From positions 948 to 64,947 of the forward strand of contig PXTT01000039.1 in assembly GCA_003022535.1 (NCBI GenBank): a DNA stretch of 64,000 nt. Direction: 5' to 3'. A program made the position numbers and the translations under genes. The stretch's first letter is position 1, and every line of letters starts with the position of its first letter. The notes below the pieces were generated by a model. That model had not been told where the DNA came from and ran no database searches. It was given only the letters and a program-made list of their open reading frames with translations. This stretch comes from Bacteroidetes bacterium QS_9_68_14 (lineage in GTDB: Bacteria; Bacteroidota; Rhodothermia; Rhodothermales; Salinibacteraceae). Below are positions 36,900 to 46,731 of this stretch, in pieces.

Positions 36900-38489
36900 G
36901 TGCAACACTCCGCCGCCCTTCCGCCCGCTCCCATGCCGACTGCCAAGCCGCTTCTGGAGCGCCTTCGCACGTGGTTTGCGCGGGACGTCCCGCCCGAAGC
37001 CGACGAGGACCCCGACACGCGCGCAGAGATCGAAGCGTACCTCACCGAGCAACGCGCCGACATGTGCCAGTGGCTGTTGGTCGTGCGCGCCGGCGGGGCG
37101 CTGGGCGTGGCCGGCTACCTGGCCCTAAGCGCGTTGATGACCAGCGCCGCGTACCCGTCGGGCGCCTTGCTGCTGGCCGTCGCGTACGCGATGGCCAACG
37201 GCGCGGTGTGCCTTGGCACGACTTACCTGACCGGCGGGACGGGCCTGGGACGCGCGGCACCCTGCTGGGGCCACGCCTTCACCGACGTTGCGCTCGTGAT
37301 GGCCGTGTACAGCCTGTTCGGGGGCGCCCTGGCGGGCGGAGTAGCGCCCGGGGTGGTCCTGGTCGGGCTGCTGGTGTTGGTCTTGCTCGTCTACACGCTG
37401 CTGGGGTATCCCGTGCTTAGCACGACGCTCGCGCTGGCGAGCCTGAGCGTGGCCGCCGGCGCGTTCTACGTCGTCCCCGAGGCCGGGGCCGGGCCCCTCC
37501 CGCCTTCGGGAGCCTCGGCGGCTCCCATGCGCGCCTACCTGCTGGTCGAGTACCTCAGCATCGCCTGCCTGGTGACGTGTCTGCTGGCGCTGCGCCTGCG
37601 CCGCCGCCGCGCCGCGCATCGCACCGAGCTGCACCGCCGCCTGCGCTCGCAGGTCGAGGCCGACCTCGAAGGCGAGCGCCGCCGCCAGGCCGAAGCGCTC
37701 GGGCAACTCAAGCGCGACTTCATCAGCGTGCTCTCCCACGAGCTTCGCAATCCCGTCGCGCCGCTCGTTTCCTCACTGGAGGTGGTGCAGCAAGACGCCG
37801 CCAAGGGGCGCTGCAACGCTCCCCTCGTTGACATCGCCGCGCGCTCGGCCTACCAGCTTCAGCACCTGGTGAACGACTACACGCGCCTGGCCAGGCTGCT
37901 GACGCGCCCGCCGGAGCACGTCACGCGCCAGAACGTGCCGCTCGCTCCGCTGGTCGAAGCGACGGCGTCGCACCTCACCGAGCGCTTCGCCGGGCACCCG
38001 GCCCGCCGCCTGCCGGACGCGCCTCCGCCGCCGCGCTTCGCCCTCGACGACCTCGCGGGCCGCGCCGTCGCCGCCGACCCGTCGCTGCTGGGCGCCGCGT
38101 TGCGCGCGCTGCTGCTTCGCGCCACGCGCTACGCCGTCGGCGAGGCGCCCGTCACCGTGCGTGGCTTTGCGGAAAACGGAGAGGCGGGCTTCACCGTGCA
38201 CGACCCGAACAGCGCCCTCGACGCCGACGCGCTCGCTTCGCTGGACGAGGACCTCTTCGCCCCCACCGACGAGCGCCTCTATTCCGACGAGGCCACCGGG
38301 CTGGAGCTCTTGCTGGCCCAGCACGCCCTGCGCCGCCTCGGGGGGCGCCTCGACGCCAAGCGCCACGCCGAAGGCGGCACGACGATTCGCTGCACGCTGC
38401 CGGCCGCCTCCGAAGCACACGACTGGACGACCCCGGAGCAAGCGCGCCGGCTTCCCGCGGACGCCACGACGGCGGCTTCCGCCGCCTGA
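36900..38489 (+). CDS. Membrane histidine kinase-like protein (HisKA present, ATP-binding boxes degenerate)
   Basis: About six N-terminal TM helices, H-box FISVLSHELRNPVAPL, and a C-terminal domain with HDPNSALD in place of DxGxG and only a weak G2 (ATGLELLL). An alternative ATG start lies at 36933. Confidence 0.7.
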   Translation: MQHSAALPPAPMPTAKPLLERLRTWFARDVPPEADEDPDTRAEIEAYLTEQRADMCQWLLVVRAGGALGVAGYLALSALMTSAAYPSGALLLAVAYAMANGAVCLGTTYLTGGTGLGRAAPCWGHAFTDVALVMAVYSLFGGALAGGVAPGVVLVGLLVLVLLVYTLLGYPVLSTTLALASLSVAAGAFYVVPEAGAGPLPPSGASAAPMRAYLLVEYLSIACLVTCLLALRLRRRRAAHRTELHRRLRSQVEADLEGERRRQAEALGQLKRDFISVLSHELRNPVAPLVSSLEVVQQDAAKGRCNAPLVDIAARSAYQLQHLVNDYTRLARLLTRPPEHVTRQNVPLAPLVEATASHLTERFAGHPARRLPDAPPPPRFALDDLAGRAVAADPSLLGAALRALLLRATRYAVGEAPVTVRGFAENGEAGFTVHDPNSALDADALASLDEDLFAPTDERLYSDEATGLELLLAQHALRRLGGRLDAKRHAEGGTTIRCTLPAASEAHDWTTPEQARRLPADATTAASAA

Positions 38490-38635
38490 GACGTGAGCGC
38501 CCCGGGGACATGATCGTCGGCCCTCTCGCGTTCTGCAAAGCGACCCCGCCAGACGAGCGCGCCCCGAGAATAACCTCGCCCGTCCACCCCAAACCTGGCG
38601 GGTTTCTGCCACGGCACGAGTTTCTCAAAGTAGCG

Positions 38636-39505
38636 TCAGGTGCGCACGTCCTGCATGTCTTCCACGAGCGCAAGCAGGTCGCCGTGGAGCGCGCCGCCGC
38701 CGGTGGCCACGATCTGCCCGCCGAAGAGGAAGCCCCCGCCGTCGATGCTGGCGCGCCCGCGGTAGTCGGTGACGCGCCCGCCAGCCTCTCGCACCAGCAG
38801 CGCCCCGGCGGCCACGTCCCACGGGCGCAGCCCCGTTTCGAAGAATGCCCCGAAGCGTCCCGCCGCCACGCGCGCCAGGTCTACCGCGGCGGCCCCGTGA
38901 CGCCGCACGCCCCGCGCGGCCCGGATGACCCGGCGCAGCACGCGCCCGTAGCGCTCCAGGTGCTCGAAGGTGCGAAAGGGAAAGCCCGTCGCCACGAGCG
39001 CCTCGCTCATCGCCTCCGCCTCCCTGGCCGCCAGCGGGGTCCCGTCGCAGTAGGCTCCGCCACCGCGCGTAGCCGTGTAGAGCCGCCCGCTGCTGACCTC
39101 CAGCACGACGCTCACCTCCAGGGCCGCTCCGCGTTGGAGGGCGATGCTCACCGCGTAGGGCGGCACGGCGTGCATGAAATTGGTCGTCCCGTCGATGGGA
39201 TCGATGATCCAGCGCGGGCGCTCGGGCGCCGTAGCCACGCCGCCCAGATCCGCTCCTTCCTCCGCGAGCACGCCGTAGTCGGGAAAGGCGTCGGCGAGCG
39301 TCTCCACGATGAGCGCCTGCGTCCGCTCGTCGGCCTCGGTGACGAAGTCGTTGAGGCGCTTGCGCGCACGGGCGCCCGCCACCCCGACGCGCGAACGCAC
39401 GAAGCGTCCCGCGCGGCGGGCAGCGCGCACGGCCGCGTCCCGCTCGGATGGCAGGCGCGCGGATTCTTCTTGCCGGGGAGCGTGCTCTCGCTGAGGAGCG
39501 TTCAC
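38636..39505 (-). CDS. Inositol monophosphatase family protein (SuhB-like)
   Basis: FVTEADE, WIIDPIDGTTNF and the WDVAAG motifs. GTG start at 39503-39505. Confidence 0.85.
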   Translation of the reverse strand: MNAPQREHAPRQEESARLPSERDAAVRAARRAGRFVRSRVGVAGARARKRLNDFVTEADERTQALIVETLADAFPDYGVLAEEGADLGGVATAPERPRWIIDPIDGTTNFMHAVPPYAVSIALQRGAALEVSVVLEVSSGRLYTATRGGGAYCDGTPLAAREAEAMSEALVATGFPFRTFEHLERYGRVLRRVIRAARGVRRHGAAAVDLARVAAGRFGAFFETGLRPWDVAAGALLVREAGGRVTDYRGRASIDGGGFLFGGQIVATGGGALHGDLLALVEDMQDVRT

Positions 39506-39605
39506 GCAGGGGCGAGCGGCATCGGTTTTTCGAGAAACAAGGGCGCGCGCGGGGGCTTTCGCAGAGAGAATGAGTCCTCTCCGTGCCCCGCTCCCGCCCC
39601 CAGCG

Positions 39606-40499
39606 ATGCGACGCGCTCTCCTTTGGCGATGGACGCGCGCGGCGGTCTGCCCTGCCGGACTGCTGGTGGCGAGCGTCGCGGCTCTCCTGCTGGGCGGGTG
39701 CGGCGGAGGAGGCACGGGCGAGCGCGTCGCGCCCTTGCACGACCCCTTGGGGGCGGCGTTCCCGTCCAGGGCCTTCGAGCAAGCGAGCGGTACACGCGCG
39801 GAAGCGCTGGCGGCCCTCGACTCGATGCAGCGCGGCGCGTTGCGCAGGGCCTTCGAGCAGCTGCGTGGCGCGGGCTACCGACGCCACGTGCGCACCGAGC
39901 AACGCGCGGCGGATGGAGCGGTCGTCGCCTTCAAGGAGCGCACGGTGCACCACCGCCCCGGCCGCTCGGAGCCACGCGTCGTGCGAAGCGACTCCGCCGG
40001 CACGTTCGATTTCGGGACGCTCGGGAGCTTCGTCTCGGCGAGCGGGGCTGCCCCGGCGCAAGACCTCGCGCAGCAGATCCTCTCTGAGGAGCCGTCGTTC
40101 CTGTCCCGGCGCAACCGCTACGCCTTCGCGTACCGCCTCCTGCCGGACACCTCGCTGCCGGGCGGGATAGGGACGGCTCGCGTGGTGGCCGTGCGCGCCC
40201 GCCCCGACGCCGGCGGCGACCCGCAGGCCGTGCGCCGCGCGCGTCTCTACCTGGACGCCGGCACGCGCCAGCTCGTGGCCCTGCGCCTGCACCGACGGCG
40301 CCACTCGATGCTCTTCGACGAAGACACGCGCCAGTTCGTGCGGCTCCGCCGCGCCGCTGCGACCGACTCGGTGACCACTTGGGTACCTGCCGAGACGCGC
40401 TTTGCCACGCGCCTGGACATGCCACTGCGCCCGGGCCGCCGCTTTCGCACGACCGCGACGTACGACGCTTTTCGCCAAGCCCCGCCTACCGGCGCATGA
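39606..40499 (+). CDS. Lipoprotein, unknown function
   Basis: Lipobox LLLGGCGGG. Non-repetitive sequence with plausible composition. The 3' end overlaps the convergent gene by 14 nt. Confidence 0.4.
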   Translation: MRRALLWRWTRAAVCPAGLLVASVAALLLGGCGGGGTGERVAPLHDPLGAAFPSRAFEQASGTRAEALAALDSMQRGALRRAFEQLRGAGYRRHVRTEQRAADGAVVAFKERTVHHRPGRSEPRVVRSDSAGTFDFGTLGSFVSASGAAPAQDLAQQILSEEPSFLSRRNRYAFAYRLLPDTSLPGGIGTARVVAVRARPDAGGDPQAVRRARLYLDAGTRQLVALRLHRRRHSMLFDEDTRQFVRLRRAAATDSVTTWVPAETRFATRLDMPLRPGRRFRTTATYDAFRQAPPTGA

Positions 40500-41271
40500 G
40501 TTCTCGCAGGCGGGGGTGATCGGTGAGATCGCGCAGGCGCTCGTCGCGACGGATGACGCGGGGGGCGAGGACGCCAGCGCGCACGCCGCGCGCTAAGACC
40601 GCAGCCGCTTCGTCGGCCCGGTCGCGCTCCACAAAGACGCGCGCAAGCTGGCGGGGCGCCGCGCCCGAGCTCGAGTCGAGCGCCACGGCCACGCGCCCGA
40701 ACGCCTCGGCCTGCGCGAGGCGGCCCAGTTGCATCGCATTCCAGGAAAAGCGCACGTGCGGCTCCGCCTTCTGCGGCAGGTGCTCGGCGGCGCGCGCCAG
40801 GGCGCGCCGCGCCAGAGCGGGCTGACTGTCGCGACGCGCCGCCTCGACGCACAGCAGGTGGGCCACGCCGTCGCGCGGGTAGGACGTGGCCGCGTGGCGG
40901 GCATCGCGGAGCGCCGCCCCGGGGCGGTCCATCTCCAGCAAGACCTCCGCGCGCAGCTTGCGCGCTGCCTGGTCGTCGGGGCGCTGGCGGAGGAGGTGGT
41001 CCAGGCGCGCCTTCGCCTCCGGCAGATTGGTGCCCCGGCGCCACGCCATCTTCGCACGGCGAAGCTGGCGGTCCAGCGCAGGCGAGCGCTCCTCGGGGGG
41101 GGCGCCCCCGTTGGACGTCTGCTCGGCGCCAGCCTGCTGGGCCTGCACGGCCGCCGGCGCGATGACCGGCGTGGCTACCATCAGCAAAACCGTGGCTACT
41201 CCCGCGAGCGCTCCCGGCACGCCGGCGGGGCGGGAAAACGGAGAAGCGAAAAGACGGGAGGAAGCGTGCAC
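40486..41271 (-). CDS. Secreted TPR-like repeat protein
   Basis: Signal-like N-terminus from GTG 41271, followed by helical A/R/L-rich repeats (AKARLDHLLRQRPDDQAARKLRAEVLLEMDRPGAAL...). Confidence 0.4.
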   Translation of the reverse strand: MHASSRLFASPFSRPAGVPGALAGVATVLLMVATPVIAPAAVQAQQAGAEQTSNGGAPPEERSPALDRQLRRAKMAWRRGTNLPEAKARLDHLLRQRPDDQAARKLRAEVLLEMDRPGAALRDARHAATSYPRDGVAHLLCVEAARRDSQPALARRALARAAEHLPQKAEPHVRFSWNAMQLGRLAQAEAFGRVAVALDSSSGAAPRQLARVFVERDRADEAAAVLARGVRAGVLAPRVIRRDERLRDLTDHPRLRELMRR

Positions 41272-41387
41272 GGCGGTGGGGCAAGCGCTTGGAACGCTTC
41301 GTATCTTTGCGGCGGTTTGCCCGTACAGGAGGTCAAAAACCGTTCCACGGTGTTTTCCCCGCACGTCTCTTTTTCCCGGTTCCGACC

Positions 41388-42248
41388 GTGCCCGCTGCGT
41401 CCCCTGACTCCTCGCCTCCGGCTTCCCTGGCCGAAACCGCGCGCCAGCACCTGCGCACCCGCCACCTGGGCCGCCCGATGGAAGCCCACGCAACGCTCCC
41501 CTCCACCAACGAGCGCGCTCTACGATGGGCCGAGGACGGGGCGCCGGAGGGCAGCACCGTCGTGGCCGACCACCAGACGGACGGGCGCGGACGCCAGGGG
41601 CGCGGCTGGCAGGCGCGGCCCGGCCAGAGCCTGACGTTCTCCGTCGTCCTGCGCCCCGGCGGCTTCTCCCGGCAACGCGCAGCGCCGCGTCCCGCATGCC
41701 TTCGCCGCCTCCTTCCGCTGGCGGGCGGGTTGGCCGTCTGCGAGGCGGTGGCCGAAGTAGCGGGCGCGCCGACACCTCGGCTGAAGTGGCCCAACGACGT
41801 GCTCCTGGGGGGACGCAAGTGCTGCGGCGTGCTGGCGGAAACGGTCTCCGCCGGCTCGGCCACCGGTCCCGTAGTGCTGGGCATCGGGCTGAACGTCGGC
41901 CAACGGGGCTTCCCCAGCGTGCCGGATGAGGCCACCCCCCCTACGTCACTGCTGCTGGCGGCTGGACCGCCGGCCCCCGAGCGCGCGGCGCTGCTGGCTG
42001 ACGTGCTCGCGCGCCTCGAGGCCTGCTACGACACGCTCCTCGCGGGCAAGGGCCGGTCCGTGCGCGACGCCTGCACCGAACGCCTGGCGAACCGCGGAAA
42101 GCGCGTGGCCGTGCGCCGCCTCGCCTCAGGCGAGCGCATCGCCGGCATCGTGCGTGGCCTCGCCCCTGACGGGGCGCTGCGCCTCCAGACGAGCGCCGGG
42201 ACCGAGCGCACGCTCCGTGCCGGCGACGTCACGGTGATGGGCGAATGA
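41388..42248 (+). CDS. birA: Biotin--[acetyl-CoA-carboxylase] ligase
   Basis: TLPSTNE, the GRGRQGRGW biotin-binding loop, and KWPNDVLLGGRKCCGVLAE. The start is uncertain (GTG 41388; the ORF is open from 41289). Confidence 0.85.
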   Translation: MPAASPDSSPPASLAETARQHLRTRHLGRPMEAHATLPSTNERALRWAEDGAPEGSTVVADHQTDGRGRQGRGWQARPGQSLTFSVVLRPGGFSRQRAAPRPACLRRLLPLAGGLAVCEAVAEVAGAPTPRLKWPNDVLLGGRKCCGVLAETVSAGSATGPVVLGIGLNVGQRGFPSVPDEATPPTSLLLAAGPPAPERAALLADVLARLEACYDTLLAGKGRSVRDACTERLANRGKRVAVRRLASGERIAGIVRGLAPDGALRLQTSAGTERTLRAGDVTVMGE

Positions 42249-42452
42249 CGACAGACCTCGGCCGGCGACGGACCGGCAACGCGCGGCGGCGTCGGAAATC
42301 GGAAGCCCTACGCAAATTTGCGGGGCGAGGTCGGCCTCCTCTCGCGGCGCCCTTGTCACCGTTTCCCGTAGCGGACGCAGCGCGGGGCCTCGTGTCGTGC
42401 TCTCGTGGTGTTGCGTCCCCATGCACACCGGGACGCCGAACGCCCCAACCTC

Positions 42453-43280
42453 ATGAAAGGGAATCTTCCATCGAACGTGGACCTGACGCTCGACATCGGC
42501 AACAGTGCGGCGAAGGGCGCGCTCTTCGCGGGAGGCGAGTTGGAGCGCGCCTTCACCCTCGGCCTCGATGACCCGGGGACGGCCTCAGTAGCAGACTGGC
42601 GGCGCGCGCTCAGCGACGCGCTGGCAGGGGCGCGCCCCCAGCGCGCTGGGCTCGCATCGGTCGTGCCCCGTGCGACCCCGCGCGTGCAGTCGGCGTTGCG
42701 GCAGACCGGCGGTTTCGCCCGCCTGCTTCGCGTGCGCGCCGGCGCCGATTTGCGCTTGCCCTTCGCGCTGGCGTACCGCACGCCTGCCACGCTGGGCGCG
42801 GATCGCCTGGCCGCTGCCGCCGCCGCGTGGACGCGCTACGGCGAAGGCTCCGGGTTCCCCGTCGTGGTGCTCGACGCCGGGACGGCCCTCACCGGCGAGG
42901 CCATCCGCGTCGGGGCGGACGGCGGCGGCATTTACGAAGGCGGGGCCATCACGGCGGGACCTGCGCTCGCGGCGCGCGCGCTGAGCGAGGGCGCGGCCCA
43001 GCTCAGCCCGCCCTCGCCCGCGGAAGCCCCGCCCGCGCCTATCGGAAGAACGACGGAGGAGGCCCTGCAAAGCGGCCTCACGCACGGCTTTCTCGGCACG
43101 GCCCGCGGGCTGCTTCGCCGCCTCGGCGAGGCGCTGTCCCCGCCCGCTCCCATCGTCGTCGCTACGGGCGGCTGGGGCGCACTCCTGCACGAGCGCCTGA
43201 GCGGCGTGGCCCACTACGACCCGCACCTGGTCTTGCGCGGCACCTGCGCGCTCCTTCAGCGCAACGCCGAGGAGCCGTAA
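42453..43280 (+). CDS. coaX: Type III pantothenate kinase
   Basis: LTLDIGNSAAKGALF, SVVP, TLGADRLAAA, VVLDAGTALT and GGAI. birA-coaX adjacency is common. Confidence 0.85.
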   Translation: MKGNLPSNVDLTLDIGNSAAKGALFAGGELERAFTLGLDDPGTASVADWRRALSDALAGARPQRAGLASVVPRATPRVQSALRQTGGFARLLRVRAGADLRLPFALAYRTPATLGADRLAAAAAAWTRYGEGSGFPVVVLDAGTALTGEAIRVGADGGGIYEGGAITAGPALAARALSEGAAQLSPPSPAEAPPAPIGRTTEEALQSGLTHGFLGTARGLLRRLGEALSPPAPIVVATGGWGALLHERLSGVAHYDPHLVLRGTCALLQRNAEEP

Positions 43281-43321
43281 ACCGCCGCGCGCCGCCTCGA
43301 GGCGCGAACCAAAGCCGCCTC

Positions 43322-44176
43322 TCAGTCCTCCTCCTCTTGCTGCGCCGCCTCGACCAAGTCCGGCGCGGTAGTCATTTCCAAGACGTGCGTCTTGGTGTCC
43401 TCGTCGTAGGAAGAGGCCTCTTCGTTGAGCGCAAAGCCGGCAATGGGGTCCCACTCTTCAGCGTCTTCGAGGTCTTCGAGCGTCTCGCGCACGATGTGGT
43501 TGACAAACTCCCCCTGCACCTCCAGCAGCTCTTTGCCCTCCGGCTCGGAGCGCTCGCCATTCTCTTCGACGAAGCGCACCTGCGCGCGTTCGTCATAGGT
43601 GTGCGCGTCGTCCCAGACCGCGCGCAGCTCCTCCGGCAGAAAGTCCCACACGAAGCGCCCTTCGAGCGTGTCGTTGAGCTGCTCGCTGAGGTCGTCGCGC
43701 CAGTACTCGCCGATGTCGCCGACCTCCGGCAGCTCCGAGATCATCTCCAGGTGGTAGTTCGGCACCAAGTCGTCGGGCCGCAGGAGACCGAAGAGGCCGC
43801 TGAAGATGACGCCGTTTTCGAGCATGCGGCGTTGCGCGCCGGTCGGCAAGTCCGCAAAGTCGGTGGCGGAGTAGAGCGCGCCGGGGCTGTACCGGTCCAG
43901 CGCGCTCATCAGGGGCGCGTCGTAGATCTCCTCGTTCACGCGCACGGCCTCCTCCTGCTCAAAGTCACTTTCGAGCTCGGGAAAGAGCTCGCTCGGGTCG
44001 TCCGCCTCGGCGATGGACTCCTGGAGCGTGTCGATGAGGTGGCGGCGCTTCGGATTCAGGTCGCTGAAGTAGTTGAACGTATTCGAGGTGCGATAGTCGA
44101 ACATGTCCGGCGCGAATGGATTGCCACCGGGTTGCTTCTGGATGGAAGGCGGCAGAAGAACGACGAAGTTGGGCAT
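43322..44176 (-). CDS. yaaA: YaaA/DUF328 (peroxide stress) family protein with an acidic C-terminal extension
   Basis: ALDRYSPGALY, the IFSGLFGLLRPDDLVPNYHLEM core, and VRFVEE... match the YaaA pattern. Confidence 0.7.
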   Translation of the reverse strand: MPNFVVLLPPSIQKQPGGNPFAPDMFDYRTSNTFNYFSDLNPKRRHLIDTLQESIAEADDPSELFPELESDFEQEEAVRVNEEIYDAPLMSALDRYSPGALYSATDFADLPTGAQRRMLENGVIFSGLFGLLRPDDLVPNYHLEMISELPEVGDIGEYWRDDLSEQLNDTLEGRFVWDFLPEELRAVWDDAHTYDERAQVRFVEENGERSEPEGKELLEVQGEFVNHIVRETLEDLEDAEEWDPIAGFALNEEASSYDEDTKTHVLEMTTAPDLVEAAQQEEED

Positions 44177-44204
44177 GAAGGACGAAAAGACTTAGAGGCT
44201 AAAG

Positions 44205-44237
44205 AAACAAAAAAAGAAGGCGGCCGGGTGAGCCGCC
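44205..44237 (-). terminator. Intrinsic terminator downstream of the YtxH-like gene
   Basis: Minus-strand GGCGGC-TCACCCG-GCCGCC hairpin followed by TTCTTTTTTTG. Confidence 0.6.
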
Positions 44238-44310
44238 GTGGGGGGTGGGCTGCCGGGAAGGGGGCGCCGCAGGCCGGCGCAGAAAGAAAAAGAGCCGGCG
44301 GGCGGCGGTG

Positions 44311-44610
44311 CTACTGCAAGTCTTCGAGCAGCGCGTCAATGTCTTCGCGGATGTCCTGGGCGCGCGTCTCGGCGTCCTCGACGAGGGCGTCGCCGGTGCG
44401 GCGCGCGTCGCTGCCGTCGGGGCGAGAGCGCAGCACGTCCTCGAAGTAGAGCCCCATCCGCAGTGCGGCGTTTTCGAACTGGTAGAGGAGCCGGCGACGC
44501 ACCTTCCGGCCTTTCTTCGGAGCCACGAGCAGGCCGGTAGCCAGCCCCAGCGCCCCGCCGGTCAGCGCTCCGACGAGGCCGGCGCGAAGCGTGCGAACGG
44601 AGTCTTTCAT
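44311..44610 (-). CDS. YtxH-like small stress protein
   Basis: 99 aa from MKDSVRTL. GALTGGALGLATGLLVAPKKGRKVRRRL matches the YtxH N-terminal helix motif, followed by a helical acidic remainder. Confidence 0.6.
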   Translation of the reverse strand: MKDSVRTLRAGLVGALTGGALGLATGLLVAPKKGRKVRRRLLYQFENAALRMGLYFEDVLRSRPDGSDARRTGDALVEDAETRAQDIREDIDALLEDLQ

Positions 44611-44899
44611 TCTTCGAGCAATGCGGGTCCGTGAAAGAGGGCGACGACCTGCAAGTGCGGCCGAAGTCCTACGTGCGGAAGGCACTCTCTGCGCGGGGTG
44701 CTTCGGCTTACTCTGAAGGTAGCCAGCCACGGGGTTTTTTGCAAACGTCTGCCCCGTTTCCCGGAAGGCGCGCGCCGGAAACGCCGGAACTTCCCGGCCA
44801 CGCAAGCGCTGGCATTCCCCGGTTGTTACGCTTATTTTGCCTGGCAGGGCATCTCGTGCGCCTCGCTTTTTCGCAAGTCCTTCTTGGAAGGATCTGCCC

Positions 44900-45715
44900 A
44901 TGCCGCAGTCTCAACACGCCCTCCAGCAGCGCGAGGGGTTTGCCTACATCGACGAAGGCTCGCCCGGCGCCGATGCGCCCCCGCTTCTGCTGCTGCACGG
45001 GATGCTCGGGGACCTGAGCAACTGGGACGCCGCCATCGGCGCGCTCGCCGGGGCCGGGTACCGCGTGCTGGCTCCCGTGCTTCCGGTCTACGACCTGCCG
45101 ATGGCCGAGACCAGCGTTGCCGGGCTCGCCGAGCACGCCCACGCCTTCGTAGAGGCCATGGAGGTGGCCCCCGTCGTGCCGGTGGGCAACTCTCTGGGGG
45201 GGCAGGTGGCGCTCCTCTACACGCTACGGCACCGGGCCTCAGTCGCCGCAATGATCTTGTCGGGCTCCTCGGGTATCTACGAGGAACGCATGGGAACGGG
45301 CCTCATGCGCCGCGACAGCCGCGACTTCATCCGCGAGCGCGCCGCCGTGACCTTCTACGACGACGTGCACGTCACCGACGAACTGGTTGAGGAGATGTAC
45401 CAGCTCGTCAACGACCGCGAGCGGGCGGTGCGCCTCATCAAGATGGCACGCTCGACGAAGGAGCACACCATCACCGAGCGCCTCTCACGTCTCGCCGACC
45501 TGCCGACGCTGCTGGTGTGGGGACGCAACGATGCCATCACGCCCCCCGACGTGGCCGAGGAGTTCCGCGAGCGGCTCCCCCGGTCGCAGCTTCACTTCAT
45601 CGAGGAATGCGGCCACGCGCCCATGATCGAGCAACCCGAGGCGTTCAACCGGCTCATGCTGGCGTTCCTGAACGAGACCGCGCAGCGCTCTTCGGAGATG
45701 GCGCCCCGCGGGTAG
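44900..45715 (+). CDS. Alpha/beta-fold hydrolase
   Basis: LLLLHGMLGD (oxyanion HG), nucleophile elbow GNSLGG, and a C-terminal CGHAPMIEQPEAF. Confidence 0.8.
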   Translation: MPQSQHALQQREGFAYIDEGSPGADAPPLLLLHGMLGDLSNWDAAIGALAGAGYRVLAPVLPVYDLPMAETSVAGLAEHAHAFVEAMEVAPVVPVGNSLGGQVALLYTLRHRASVAAMILSGSSGIYEERMGTGLMRRDSRDFIRERAAVTFYDDVHVTDELVEEMYQLVNDRERAVRLIKMARSTKEHTITERLSRLADLPTLLVWGRNDAITPPDVAEEFRERLPRSQLHFIEECGHAPMIEQPEAFNRLMLAFLNETAQRSSEMAPRG

Positions 45716-46090
45716 CGTGGCGCGGCGGGGGCGCCAGCGAAGAAGCGGTAAACAGTTGAACGTGCCGCGCTTCGGGCTCCGGTCGCATTATGCGTGAGGG
45801 GCCGCCTACTGTACAGTCTGCTGCACAGGCTGTGTGGTATGGAGCACAACCCCGGCAGTTCAGCGCCCGACGGCTCTCGAAGGCGCGTGGCAGCCTGCTC
45901 CTTCACTTCAACCATTGAGGGGCTGAGCAGGCCCGTTGAGCGACGTTCTGGGCCTACTCGGCCAGACGCACCTTCCAGACCTTCTTGCTGGCACGCCCGT
46001 TGCGGAAGTGTACAGTCGCGGCTTCGGGTCTCATCTTACTTCCGAGGCCGCAAGGTGCATGACCACGCACCGCGGATGGCCTCCGCAGTT

Positions 46091-46137
46091 GCCAGGTCGG
46101 CGTGTCTTTGGGTGAGCGCGCCGACCTGGCTTTTTAT
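46091..46137 (+). terminator. Strong intrinsic terminator with no CDS directly upstream
   Basis: Perfect 12-bp stem GCCAGGTCGGCG / CGCCGACCTGGC with a 16-nt loop, followed by TTTTTAT. Confidence 0.7.
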
Positions 46138-46292
46138 GTTGCAGCCTTATTTTACGAAGGCTTTTCGCGGGTTTCAAGCCGCTGCGCGACCGGCTGGAGG
46201 AACCTCACACAGGCGTGGCTCATCTAACTCAGTCCGCTTGCAAAACAGACTCTTCTCGAGTGTTGCGGGCAAGCGACGTTCTTCCACATACT

Positions 46293-46674
46293 GGGGATGA
46301 CACGGATTCGACGGGTGGTGACGTACGGCAGACCGCGAGCCGAGCCTCCTGGTACGCTCGCCAAAACTGTCAGGAACCTGCAAATGCGGACGATTACTCG
46401 TACGCGATGGCGGCGTAAACACGCCCCCATCTGTCTCTGATGCGCTCGGCTGTCGGCGCGTGTAGAGGCATCGACTTAGATGGCCTTTGGCCGCGCGGTG
46501 CTTCCGGCTGAAGCATCGCCGGCGACGCGGGGCAATCCCCCGAATCAGCCTCGGCTTCCTGTTGGCCTCGTTTGCCGGCTATAGCAGGAAGCGACACTGA
46601 AATAGGCAAGCTAAGCTTGTAGACGTCTGAACCGGACGGCCACGCGGACCCGGGTTCGACTCCCGGCATCTCCA
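46293..46674 (+). ncRNA. ssrA: tmRNA (SsrA)
   Basis: 5' GGGGATGACACGGATTCGACGGG. 3' GGACCCGGGTTCGACTCCCGGCATCTCCA provides the T-arm and acceptor, which pairs with the 5' end including a G3-U wobble. Tag ORF at 46380-46418 reads GCA AAT GCG GAC GAT TAC TCG TAC GCG ATG GCG GCG TAA = (AN)ADDYSYAMAA. CCA is not encoded. Confidence 0.9.
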
Positions 46675-46683
46675 CTTCCCGAC

Positions 46684-46731
46684 AGCCCCTAAGCTGCTTT
46701 ATACCAGTGGCTTGGGGGCTTCGTTATTTTA
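46684..46731 (+). terminator. Terminator hairpin after tmRNA
   Basis: AGCCCCTAAGC ... GCTTGGGGGCT (one mismatch) followed by TCGTTATTTTA. Confidence 0.6.
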
